From: an uncultured Flavobacteriales bacterium
GTDB lineage: Bacteria; Bacteroidota; Bacteroidia; Flavobacteriales_D; CAJJDF01
Assembly (NCBI GenBank): GCA_938009745.1
Contig: CALLII010000012.1
Span: 1 to 56,001 of the forward strand
Length of the DNA stretch: 56,001 bases
Reading direction: 5' to 3'
Numbering within the stretch: the first letter of the stretch is position 1; every line of letters starts with the position of its first letter. The notes under the pieces were generated by a model, which ran no database searches, had not been told where the DNA came from, and saw only the letters and a list, made by a program, of their open reading frames with translations. Made by a program: the position numbers and the translations under genes. Shown here piece by piece: positions 11,801-20,579 of the stretch.

Positions 11801-12094
11801 GTTCAGAGTAAATTTTTATCTACGTTTCAAATTGTTGGATTTGCTGATGCAGGAACAGCTTGGACAGGAACAAATCCTTATTCTGAAGAAAATTCGTTTA
11901 ACATTACTCAAATATCTCAAAAACCAATTAATGTAATTATCCAAAACCAAAGAGAACCAATTATTTTTGGATATGGATTTGGATTAAGAGCCGAGCTATT
12001 TGGTTATTTTGTCAGATATGATTGGTCTTGGGGAGTTGAGGATGGAGTTGTACAAGGCCGTATCAACTATTTTTCTCTATCTTTAGATTTTTAA
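8858..12094 (+). CDS. Outer-membrane protein: degenerate MA-clan peptidase-like domain, PD40/TolB-like beta-propeller and C-terminal Omp85-type barrel
   Basis: Signal peptide then FGKNRVQ; PSWFAEGL segment; propeller repeats (SPDGTKLAY, WHPNGNTLAF, DRDPRF); MRGF loop motif; barrel-like C-terminus ending YFSLSLDF. Confidence 0.7.
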   Translation: MKIKITYYSALILLLVLLSYNSRSQFYNGSFQEFGKNRVQETTFFWQYYDFERFKVYFYGDGATNAEYAAKSIHKNLQELELFFETQLDSKFDVLVFNKHTDFKQSNVGLTNELSSNVGGRNSIIGNKIFLYFEQDHPDFDKQIRAALTEALVSRMVNQTSWKQVVRNSSAVEMPSWFAEGLYSYMGENWSATIETEIKDGIISGRYDKLGRLENIDAKHAGHAMWNYIAQVYGDEVIPQIIYLLSVSKSFESSFRFVLGKSTKSLNNDFVNYYKKSFEEKDENKAQPLQQEIEIKKRKKKGKITQFSLSPDGTKLAYTANEIGKYKVWIYDIPTKTYTKVRARGFKAERATDESFPLIDWHPNGNTLAFIEETDGEVYFNFYDLESKKTTKRAVQNVTKVTSFSYNETGTQFVFSGIQKGQTDLYLYTIIGNGYKKLTDDFSDDRDPRFIENSTKIIFSSNRKNDSLYVKAPIKPIANLYDIYIYDLNKKFQPTLKRVTNTPNINEMAPYELERFKYTYLSDENGLINRYVAVFDSVIASVDTVINYRYFSKSSEVTNYNKGISSIDYSDVTSEVGMVLKEDNKYLFYKGDLSIDQISDKETDDGEGNTEIKESEKRKSTVEIISIKPKTTDEEVIEISNYQFEREKPKEEVKKKEDLVFLNPENTLTKKELISYEFRLPTRKLYNINFTLDEVTSQIDNNFLNGTYQVFNPNNPVFNNQNVNLFNMVQIKDLMEDYRLIGGVNLSFNLRDNDYLLSFEDLSQRFDKKYLFTRQVYSTDINFIPVRTRIHEFKYRLKYPFNEISSLAVTFNLRNDNTIISALNRQTLEAEGTSRNMGGAKLEYVLDNTFDRGINLREGTRLKLFGEYYQEIYEAETDFFVVGADIRHYQKIHREMIFAGRVAASSSFGNRKLVYYMGGVDGWLGARSNESIVIPTDQGFAFQTIATPMRGFLQTTRFGNSFAVANTEVRWPVFEYFSEYPVQSKFLSTFQIVGFADAGTAWTGTNPYSEENSFNITQISQKPINVIIQNQREPIIFGYGFGLRAELFGYFVRYDWSWGVEDGVVQGRINYFSLSLDF

Positions 12095-12103
12095 ATCTAG
12101 TTT

Positions 12104-12505
12104 ATGGTTTTAGATACTCAAACAATAATTTATCTCATTTTAATAGGGATTACAGCAGGTGTTGTATCAGGTTTTATTGGTATTGGAGGAGGTATTATTA
12201 TTGTTCCTGCTTTAATATATTTAGTAGGATTGTCACAATTACAAGCACAAGGAACGAGTTTAGCACTCATGTTACCACCAATTGGTATTTTGGCATTTAT
12301 GCAATACTACAAAGCCGATAACGTAGATATTGATTTAAGAATGGTAGCAATAGTAGCTACTACATTTATAGTTGGAGGATTATTTGGAGCAAAATTAGCT
12401 CTCAAGATAAATGTAAACTTGGTCAAAATTATATTTGGTGTAATTATGTTATTAATCGCCTTAAAAATGATTTACAGTGGTTACAAACTATATTTTGCTA
12501 AATAA
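12104..12505 (+). CDS. Half-size TauE/SafE (TSUP) family membrane protein
   Basis: GITAGVVSGFIGIGGGIIIVPAL and AQGTSL motifs; about 4 TM segments, 133 aa. Confidence 0.85.
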   Translation: MVLDTQTIIYLILIGITAGVVSGFIGIGGGIIIVPALIYLVGLSQLQAQGTSLALMLPPIGILAFMQYYKADNVDIDLRMVAIVATTFIVGGLFGAKLALKINVNLVKIIFGVIMLLIALKMIYSGYKLYFAK

Positions 12506-12507
12506 GT

Positions 12508-13695
12508 ATGAACAAGAATTTACTTCAAAATATAAAACAACTCTCCAAAAATTATCTTGAGGAAGTAACTGCTATCAGAAGGCACATTCATCAAAATCCT
12601 GAATTATCTTTTGAGGAGCATAAAACTTCTGCTTTTATTCAGTCTAAATTAACTGAATTTGGTATTCCGTTTAAAACCGGATTCGTAAAAACCGGAATTG
12701 TAGCTTTAATTGAAGGGAAAAATCCATCAAAAAAAGTTATTGCTCTTAGAGCAGATATGGATGCACTTCCTATCATGGAAGGAAATGAGGTGAGCTACAA
12801 GTCACAAAATGAAGGAGTAATGCATGCTTGTGGTCATGATGTACATTCGTCTAGTTTACTAGGAGTAGCAAAAATTTTAAATCAGATAAAGTCTGAATTT
12901 GAAGGAACAATTAAGCTTATTTTTCAGCCAGGAGAAGAGAAATTACCTGGAGGAGCATCATTAATGATAAATGAGGGAGTACTTAAAAGTCCAGCTCCAG
13001 AAGCAATTGTTGGACAACATGTTTTTCCTGATTTACCATACGGTAAAGTAGGATTTAGAGGAGGAATGTACATGGCATCATGTGATGAAATTTATGTTAC
13101 AGTAAAAGGGAAAGGCGGACATGCTGCATTGCCACATAAGTTTGTAGATACAGTATTAATTTCTTGTCAAATAATTAATTCTTTACAACAAATAGTTAGC
13201 CGAAAAGTTAGGCCAGATATCCCTTGCGTATTATCTTTTGGCAAAATAAATACTACTGGTGGAGCTACTAATATTATTCCTGATGAAGTTAAAATAGAAG
13301 GTACATTTAGAACCATGAATGAAGAATGGCGAAATGAGGCTCATACATTAATGGTGAAAATGGCCGAAGATATCGCTAAATCTATGGGGGGAACCTGTGA
13401 CTTTGATATCCACAGAGGTTATCCTTTCCTTAAAAATGATATAAATACCACTGAAATCTCAAAATCAAGTGCTCAAGAATATTTAGGGAAAGAAAATGTT
13501 ATAGACCTTGATTTAAGAATGACAGGAGAAGATTTTGCTTATTATACTCAACACATTCCTGGTTGTTTTTATCGACTTGGGACTGGAGAAAGCTCAGGAC
13601 TTCACACTTCTACTTTTAATGTAGATGAGCAATCCTTAGAGATTGGAATGGGATTAATGAGTTGGATAGCAATAAATCAACTGCAAAGGCAATAG
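12508..13695 (+). CDS. M20 family amidohydrolase
   Basis: RRHIHQNPELSFEE, LRADMDALP, MHACGHDVH, FQPGEE, GEDF motifs. Confidence 0.93.
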   Translation: MNKNLLQNIKQLSKNYLEEVTAIRRHIHQNPELSFEEHKTSAFIQSKLTEFGIPFKTGFVKTGIVALIEGKNPSKKVIALRADMDALPIMEGNEVSYKSQNEGVMHACGHDVHSSSLLGVAKILNQIKSEFEGTIKLIFQPGEEKLPGGASLMINEGVLKSPAPEAIVGQHVFPDLPYGKVGFRGGMYMASCDEIYVTVKGKGGHAALPHKFVDTVLISCQIINSLQQIVSRKVRPDIPCVLSFGKINTTGGATNIIPDEVKIEGTFRTMNEEWRNEAHTLMVKMAEDIAKSMGGTCDFDIHRGYPFLKNDINTTEISKSSAQEYLGKENVIDLDLRMTGEDFAYYTQHIPGCFYRLGTGESSGLHTSTFNVDEQSLEIGMGLMSWIAINQLQRQ

Positions 13696-13733
13696 TAGGA
13701 ACAGTATTCCGTTACAGAATTTAAACCAATGAT

Positions 13734-16103
13734 ATGCTCAAGAGATTACTATTTTTTTCAATTTACTTTCTTATCTGTATGGCTATTCAAGCCCAAGGGG
13801 TGGGGCTTGGTAAGTGGAAAAACTATTTTCCTTTTCGTAATGTAATTCAAGTTATTAGTAATGGAGATAAGGTATACGGAGCAACACGAAACGGAATAAT
13901 CGTTAATGATTATGAAGACGGAACTACGGAGCAATTAACCGAAATAAATGCTCTTTCGGATAATAACATTTCTGCTATTGGCTTTAATACTGATAACAAT
14001 GCTCTTATAGTAGGTTATGAAAATGGTAATGCAGATATTGTTATCGATAATGAAACGACTAATCTTTTTCAAATTAAAGAGAGTAATGTAACTGGAGATA
14101 AAGGGATTAAAAGTATTTTCTGTAAAGATGATTTGGCATATCTTTCATGTGGATTTGGAATTGTAGTTTTTGATATTGCAAAAAAAGAAATTAAGGACAC
14201 CTATATTTTTGGACCTGGTGGTTCTCAAATAAAAGTAAATGCTGTTTATGTAGAAAGTGGTTTAATTTATGCAGGAACCGAAAATGGATTGTATACAGCT
14301 TCTGAAACTAGTGCTTTCCTTACTGATTTTAATTCTTGGTCAGTTCTTAGTTCAATCCCAAGTGGAAATAGAGAGATTGATAATATTTTAGAATTTGATA
14401 ATAAGCTACTGTTTAATACGCAAAACTCGATATCCTCAGATTCAGTTTATTGGTATGATGGATCTAATTGGGGAAGAATAACCTCTCTTTCTGATGAAAA
14501 GAACAATTCTATTGTCGCCTCTGAAAACGAATTGATTATTAGTCGTTTTGATTCCATTTATATATTGGATAATTCCTTTACTCAAATAAAATTATTTGAT
14601 GATTATGATGGGTTTTGGAAACCAAGATCTAATTATGTTATTAAGAACAATAACACTTATTATGTTGGAGATAGCGAAAATGGAATAATTTCTCTTACTT
14701 CCAATGGTAATGGAAGTTTTAACCAACCCAATTCAATTTTTTCGAATAACATTTTTGATATTGAAGCGGTTAATGGGAATCTATGGGGTTCATCTGGAAG
14801 CTTAGTAGGAGGAGGATGGAACAAAACATTTAATAATGATGGAAGTTTTCACTACAACATAACAGAAGATAACTGGACCATATATGGAATTGCATTTTTA
14901 AATACCCAGTTTTGTTTTCCAGAGAGTTGTAATCCAATTACCTCAACTCCAGTTAGTTGTGTAAATGATTTAGTTGGTATGGCAATAAACCCAGCTACTC
15001 CTGATAAAGGATATGCTTGTTCATTTTCTAATAAAGGAGTTTTAGAATTGCAGGATAACAAAATAGTAAAAGCTTATGATACATGTAACTCTAGTCTTCA
15101 AATTAGTTCAGTTCATAATGATCGAATTGCAATTGCGGATGCCGAGTTTGATGGAGAAGGGAATTTATGGGTAATAAATTCTTGGGCTGGTAATTCTTTA
15201 TCAGTTAAAACTGTAGATGATGTCTGGAAATCATTTGACTGTGGTGCAAGTAGTTCTAACATTATTGGATCAAAAATAATAGTAGGTGAAACAACAGGCT
15301 ACAAATGGATTATTTTTAAAGATCAGCATTTACTTGCCTATAATGACAATGGAACTATTGATGATGAATCGGATGATGAGTTTCAACTCATTAATGGAAT
15401 AGCCTCAAACGGTAGCTTAGATGAGACTCCAACTTCAGTTGCCGAAGATAAAGATGGCGAAATATGGATTGGTACCGAAAAAGGAATATTTGTAATTTTT
15501 ACACCAAACGAAATTTTTAATTCAGGTAATTTTACAGCTCAAAGAATAAAAGTAGAACTCGAGGGAAATATAGAGCTTTTGCTTGAAAATGAGTTTATTA
15601 CTTCGGTACAAATAGATGGGGGAAACAGAAAATGGATAGGTACACAATCATCAGGAGTATTTTTATTATCTGCAGATGGAACTGAACAAATCCAAAATTT
15701 CACTAAAGAAAACAGTCCTTTATTATCCAACAGTATCAATGATATTGCTATTGATGGAGAGAGCGGAGAGGTTTTTATTGCTACTGATCAAGGTTTAATT
15801 TCGTACAAAGGTGATGCGACAGAGGGAAAACAAACCTACCAAGATGTATATGCTTTTCCTAATCCAGTTACTCCAGGATATGATGGAAAAATTGGAATTA
15901 GAGGTTTAGTAGAAAACTCTGATGTAAGAATAACTGATGTTGCAGGTAACGTAGTTTTTGTGACTAAGTCACTTGGAGGTCAAGCAGTTTGGGATGGAAG
16001 AACACTAGAAGGAAACAAAGTTAGTTCAGGTGTTTACCTTGTGTTTATGACAAACGAAACTGGAACAACAGATGAAGTAACCAAAATTTTATTTATTAAA
16101 TAA
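13734..16103 (+). CDS. porZ: T9SS component PorZ (two beta-propellers plus T9SS C-terminal domain)
   Basis: Signal peptide; propeller repeats (DKDGEIWIGT, DGGNRKWIGTQSSGVF, ENSPLLSN); C-terminal VYAFPNPV...GGQAVWDG...SGVYLV...KILFIK CTD. Confidence 0.85.
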   Translation: MLKRLLFFSIYFLICMAIQAQGVGLGKWKNYFPFRNVIQVISNGDKVYGATRNGIIVNDYEDGTTEQLTEINALSDNNISAIGFNTDNNALIVGYENGNADIVIDNETTNLFQIKESNVTGDKGIKSIFCKDDLAYLSCGFGIVVFDIAKKEIKDTYIFGPGGSQIKVNAVYVESGLIYAGTENGLYTASETSAFLTDFNSWSVLSSIPSGNREIDNILEFDNKLLFNTQNSISSDSVYWYDGSNWGRITSLSDEKNNSIVASENELIISRFDSIYILDNSFTQIKLFDDYDGFWKPRSNYVIKNNNTYYVGDSENGIISLTSNGNGSFNQPNSIFSNNIFDIEAVNGNLWGSSGSLVGGGWNKTFNNDGSFHYNITEDNWTIYGIAFLNTQFCFPESCNPITSTPVSCVNDLVGMAINPATPDKGYACSFSNKGVLELQDNKIVKAYDTCNSSLQISSVHNDRIAIADAEFDGEGNLWVINSWAGNSLSVKTVDDVWKSFDCGASSSNIIGSKIIVGETTGYKWIIFKDQHLLAYNDNGTIDDESDDEFQLINGIASNGSLDETPTSVAEDKDGEIWIGTEKGIFVIFTPNEIFNSGNFTAQRIKVELEGNIELLLENEFITSVQIDGGNRKWIGTQSSGVFLLSADGTEQIQNFTKENSPLLSNSINDIAIDGESGEVFIATDQGLISYKGDATEGKQTYQDVYAFPNPVTPGYDGKIGIRGLVENSDVRITDVAGNVVFVTKSLGGQAVWDGRTLEGNKVSSGVYLVFMTNETGTTDEVTKILFIK

Positions 16104-16209
16104 AAATTGGCACATCTCGCTTTTAGTATAGATAACTATGAGACTGTGAATCATTATTTTTTCGAAAATATCTCGTAAGTTAGTCGCTTATTAAAGCAGA
16201 ATAAATAAA

Positions 16210-18027
16210 ATGAAGAACATTTCTTTTTCACTTTCCACCTTGGCGCTTATCTTATCCATAGTTTTTGTGGTAGGATATAGAAGTGCTAATGTATCTGAAA
16301 ATGAGATGTCTTGGGATGTCTTAGGGTATTACCTTCCACTTCCTGCAACTTTTATCTATGAAGATGCTTTACTTGAAAATCCTACTTGGATTAAAGAAAT
16401 AAATGAGGAAAAACAGCTTACTGGAACCTTGTATCAAATCTCAACAAATGATGAAGGCGAACCTATTTATTTCTTCTTGCTAGGAATGGCTATTCTTTAT
16501 TTACCTTTCTTTTTAATTGGTCATGGAGCAACCTATATTACTGGCTATCCACCAGATGGATTCAGTTTGCCTTATCAATATGCAATGGTTTTTGGTGCAA
16601 TGATTTACACCATTGTTGGGCTCATTTATTTACGAAAAATACTAAACCATTATTTGCCTGATAAAATTACTGCAGCAGTGATTTTAATAGTAGTTTTTGC
16701 AACTAACTACTCCCATCACCTTACTCTTAAAAACCTAGAGACCGTTAACGTTCTTTTTATGTTTGTGTGTCTTATTATTTGGAATACCATTAGATGGCAT
16801 CAAGATTTTAAATTAAAAAATTTAATAGCCATAGGATCATTTATTACCCTAATGGCAATGGTTAAACCAAGCGAAATAATGATAGTATTCGTTCCGCTTT
16901 TATGGGGAGTATTTTCTAAGGAAACTTTTTATAACAAGCTTAATTTAATAAAGCAATATCGGAAGCAGTTTATGGTTGCAATACTTTGTTGTTTGCTATT
17001 AGCTCTGCCTCAAATGAGTTATTGGTTAATACGAACAGGCCATTTGTTTTATGATAGTTACAAAAACCCGGGAGTAGGGTTAGATGTATTCTCACCTTAT
17101 TTATTTCAATCTTTATTTAGTTATAAAAAAGGTTGGCTTATATACACACCAGTAATGATTCTGGGTGTAGTTGGATTGTTTTATTTATGGAAAAAAATGA
17201 AGAAAGAGAGACTAGCTCTTTTGGTTTATTTCCTAATAGCATTTTGCATAATTATTAGCTGGACCGAATGGTGGTACGGAGCAGGATTTTCTAATCGTCC
17301 GTTAATTACTGCATATCCAATATTAGCCTTGGCAATAGGGTTTTTACTGTTAAAAATCAGTGAAAGTAAGTTTTGGATTAAAACTTCAGTAGTCGCTTTT
17401 GTTTTTGTCGCTTTGTTTTTTAATCAGTTTCAATGGTGGCAATTACGAGCAGGAATCCTTGAGCCGTATAGAACTACCAAAGAGTATTATTGGGCAAGTT
17501 TTTTAGCAACTTCGGTAACTCCTGAAGACAAAGAAAAGCTATCTCTTTACAGAGATTTTGATGGAGACCAAGCCTTTACTGATATCGATAATTACAAGTT
17601 AATTAAAACGATACTGCTAGATTTTGAAGAATCAGAGGAGGAATATGTATTAACAGATTCAACTAATAATAAATTTGCTAGTCTTTCACCAGAAATTGAA
17701 TACTCCAAAACAATACAAGTTCCCTATCGCGATCTTACATCTAAAGATCATCTTTGGGTTAGAGTTTCAGTAGATTCTAAATTACAAACAAAGAACAGCA
17801 AAAAGCCAGTTGTTATAATTTCAATGGAAAGAAAAAATGGAGCTTATGGCTATACAGGAAAAGAAATTAATAGTATTGGCCTAACATGGTCTAATTTTCA
17901 ATTTGAATACCTCACACCACCAATCCGAAGTAGTAAAGACAAATTGAAAGTATTTGTTTGGAACATGGAAAAGTCTAATTTTGATATGGACAACCTGAAA
18001 ATAGAAATTTTTGAAAAGAAAGATTAA
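16210..18027 (+). CDS. Polytopic membrane protein, GT-C-fold glycosyltransferase-like, with a soluble C-terminal beta domain
   Basis: WDVLGYY acidic motif after TM1, about 11 TM segments, KKGWLIYTP and WWYGAGFSNR loops, and a C-terminal soluble domain of about 170 aa. Confidence 0.6.
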   Translation: MKNISFSLSTLALILSIVFVVGYRSANVSENEMSWDVLGYYLPLPATFIYEDALLENPTWIKEINEEKQLTGTLYQISTNDEGEPIYFFLLGMAILYLPFFLIGHGATYITGYPPDGFSLPYQYAMVFGAMIYTIVGLIYLRKILNHYLPDKITAAVILIVVFATNYSHHLTLKNLETVNVLFMFVCLIIWNTIRWHQDFKLKNLIAIGSFITLMAMVKPSEIMIVFVPLLWGVFSKETFYNKLNLIKQYRKQFMVAILCCLLLALPQMSYWLIRTGHLFYDSYKNPGVGLDVFSPYLFQSLFSYKKGWLIYTPVMILGVVGLFYLWKKMKKERLALLVYFLIAFCIIISWTEWWYGAGFSNRPLITAYPILALAIGFLLLKISESKFWIKTSVVAFVFVALFFNQFQWWQLRAGILEPYRTTKEYYWASFLATSVTPEDKEKLSLYRDFDGDQAFTDIDNYKLIKTILLDFEESEEEYVLTDSTNNKFASLSPEIEYSKTIQVPYRDLTSKDHLWVRVSVDSKLQTKNSKKPVVIISMERKNGAYGYTGKEINSIGLTWSNFQFEYLTPPIRSSKDKLKVFVWNMEKSNFDMDNLKIEIFEKKD

Positions 18028-19456
18028 TTATATTTTAAACCAGTATTGGGAGTTTCTACTGTTTTCAGTGTTGCTTACAATTCTTGTATTAAGTTGTGGT
18101 GATCATATTTTCTTTTGGGATACTGTTCAGCTTGGAGCACGCCATGCTACTTTTTATTATGAAAATGGGTTAAGTCTTGAGTTTTTACCAAACCAAATTG
18201 ATAGTGGTCATATTCCTAGTTTTGGTTATTTACTAGCCTTATGCTGGACAATATTTGGTAAATCATTATTAGTTAGTCATTTTTTTGTTTTGCCTTTCGC
18301 AATAGGAATTGCCTGGCAAGCTCATAGATTTTTGAGTAATTTTATTAGTAAAAAAAATCTCATCTGGGCAATGCTTTTATTGCTTTTAGACACCACTTTT
18401 TTAAGCCAAGTATCGCTAGTTTCTCCAGATATCCCTCTTCTCTTTTTCTTTCTATTAGGTTTAAACTCTATCTATTCCAACAAAAGGTTGAGTGTAGCCT
18501 TAGCCTTTTCATTTCTATTTTTAGTTAGCATGAGAGGAATGATACTTACAGTTCCTTTATTTTTATTTGATGTCTATCTTAATTCAAATTTTAGTTTCAA
18601 GAAACTAAAAATCTCGATTTTAGGACTATTAAAATTGGGGATTCCTTATCTACCAGCAGCTTTTATTTTTATTGGCTTTAGTTGGTTTCATTATAATCAA
18701 AAAGGATGGATAGGTTATCATGAAGATTCACCTTGGGCTATATTTTTCCAAAGAGTAGGAGTTTATGGAGCAATAAAAAATACAGCAGTTTTTGGTTGGA
18801 GATTATTAGATTTTGGGCGAGTTTTTATTTGGATGATTGGTTTAGCTAGTCTTGTTTGGATTTGGAAAAATAAATTCAAATTTTCTGTTAAAGCTAAACA
18901 GCTTTCAGTATTATTTATACTCATTATTTCGTTTTTATCAATTCCGGCAATTATTTATTTTGATTTAAAAGGACACAGATATTTTATGCCTATTTACTTT
19001 AGCGTTACGATTTTAGTAAGCTATCTTATTTTGGAAATAGTAGATAATAATCGATTCAAAAAAATCACAGTCTCATTAGGCTTAATAGGATTGATAACCG
19101 GAAGTTTATGGGTTTATCCCAGTCATATTGCTCAAGGATGGGATTCTACATTAGGTCACTTGCCGTATTATCAATTAAGAGAAAACATGATTAAATTTAT
19201 GGATGAAGCAGGAATTGATAAATCAAAAGTAGGGTTTGATTTTCCGGGTGGATACGAACAAAGATTTCTAGATTTATCTGGGGAAACATGGTTTTTCCCT
19301 GAGGTAAATATTGATAATCAAAACTATATTTTATATTCCAATGTTGTGAATGAATTTTCTGATGAAGAGTTAATAAATTTGCAAAACAATTGGGAGATTA
19401 TTCATGAAGAAAAATCTATGACAGTTGAGTTTATATTGTATCAAAAGGTACAATAA
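18011..19456 (+). CDS. Polytopic membrane protein, ArnT/PMT-like GT-C glycosyltransferase
   Basis: FFWD after TM1, DSGHIP, SPDI and HRYFMP motifs, about 10-11 TM segments; TTG start overlapping the previous stop. Confidence 0.6.
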   Translation: MKRKINYILNQYWEFLLFSVLLTILVLSCGDHIFFWDTVQLGARHATFYYENGLSLEFLPNQIDSGHIPSFGYLLALCWTIFGKSLLVSHFFVLPFAIGIAWQAHRFLSNFISKKNLIWAMLLLLLDTTFLSQVSLVSPDIPLLFFFLLGLNSIYSNKRLSVALAFSFLFLVSMRGMILTVPLFLFDVYLNSNFSFKKLKISILGLLKLGIPYLPAAFIFIGFSWFHYNQKGWIGYHEDSPWAIFFQRVGVYGAIKNTAVFGWRLLDFGRVFIWMIGLASLVWIWKNKFKFSVKAKQLSVLFILIISFLSIPAIIYFDLKGHRYFMPIYFSVTILVSYLILEIVDNNRFKKITVSLGLIGLITGSLWVYPSHIAQGWDSTLGHLPYYQLRENMIKFMDEAGIDKSKVGFDFPGGYEQRFLDLSGETWFFPEVNIDNQNYILYSNVVNEFSDEELINLQNNWEIIHEEKSMTVEFILYQKVQ

Positions 19457-19504
19457 TCTTGAATTTCATTTTTTTTACTAAATTTACCCATTAATTCCGA
19501 TCCT

Positions 19505-20242
19505 ATGTCTAGAAAAATGACTTGCATATTAGTTGATGATGATGAAACCTCAAGGTTTATCATAACTAATTTAGCTAATAAGAATGATAATATTCAATTA
19601 GTTAAATCATGCAGTAATGCTCGTGAGGCGAGAGAAACATTAGATGAACGAGACATAGATTTAATGCTCTTGGATATCGAAATGCCTTATGAAAATGGGA
19701 TTGATATGCTCGAGAAATTAGAAAAAAAACCTCAAGTAATTTTTATTACTTCTCAAACTAAACATGCTATAAAAGCATTTGAGTTTGATGCAATTGACTA
19801 CATTGTAAAGCCACTGGATTACAGCAGATTAAATGAAGCATTGGAAAAAGCCAAACGAAGAATATTTGGTTTGCCTACTGAAAATGTGGAGAATTTATCA
19901 GATGAGTTTTTATTGATAAAAAAGAACAGAGAGACTCAGAAAATGGGTTACAATCAAGTTCATTTTATCGAAGGTTCAAGTAGTTACGTAACTTATCATA
20001 CCTCAGAAGGTAAAATAACAACAACAGGAATACTAAAACAAATCGAAGAAACTATTAATACGGAAGTTTTTGTGCGAGTTCACAGGTCTTTCTTGGTGAA
20101 TATCAATAAGATAGTAAAAATTAGTTCAGAAGAAGTGGTAGTTCGGCAACAATCTCTCCCTTTGTCTCGTAAGTACAGAAAGGAAGTGATACAAAAGTTT
20201 AATGAACTAAACCAAGCAGTAAATGAGAATAGCATTAATTGA
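19505..20242 (+). CDS. LytR/AlgR family response regulator
   Basis: REC domain (VDDD, LLDIEMP, DYIVKP) plus LytTR domain (FVRVHRSFLVN, LPLSRKY). Confidence 0.93.
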   Translation: MSRKMTCILVDDDETSRFIITNLANKNDNIQLVKSCSNAREARETLDERDIDLMLLDIEMPYENGIDMLEKLEKKPQVIFITSQTKHAIKAFEFDAIDYIVKPLDYSRLNEALEKAKRRIFGLPTENVENLSDEFLLIKKNRETQKMGYNQVHFIEGSSSYVTYHTSEGKITTTGILKQIEETINTEVFVRVHRSFLVNINKIVKISSEEVVVRQQSLPLSRKYRKEVIQKFNELNQAVNENSIN

Positions 20243-20579
20243 TGATGATGCAACTACTAATTTTATTAATAAAAGTAAATTAGTAAAACAAGTAGAAAAG
20301 TGCGAAGTGTTTCCATTTTCAAATGGAAAAGAGGCAATTGATTTTTTAGCTTCTGGAAATAAGATTGATGCAGCATTGTTGGATATGAATATGCCTGTAA
20401 TGAATGGGTTAGAGTTTCTTAAGGCTCATTCCGAGCTTCCTGAAGATAAAAAAATCACTAAAGTATTTTTGTTTGTTGAACAAAATGTAGACGAAACTTT
20501 TAAAGAAAAATTTAAGTTATTTCAAGTTTTTAAAAAGCCTCTAACTGCTGAAATCATAGATCTTATTACTAATGATTAA
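20223..20579 (+). CDS. Single-domain response regulator (REC)
   Basis: LIDDD, LLDMNMPVMNGLEFL, KKPL. Confidence 0.88.
   Translation: MRIALIDDDATTNFINKSKLVKQVEKCEVFPFSNGKEAIDFLASGNKIDAALLDMNMPVMNGLEFLKAHSELPEDKKITKVFLFVEQNVDETFKEKFKLFQVFKKPLTAEIIDLITND

Noticed and set aside
14900-14965. Cys-rich loop in PorZ (FCFPESCNPITSTPVSC)
   Set aside because: It may be a small disulfide-bonded insertion, but without an alignment I cannot show it is unusual.
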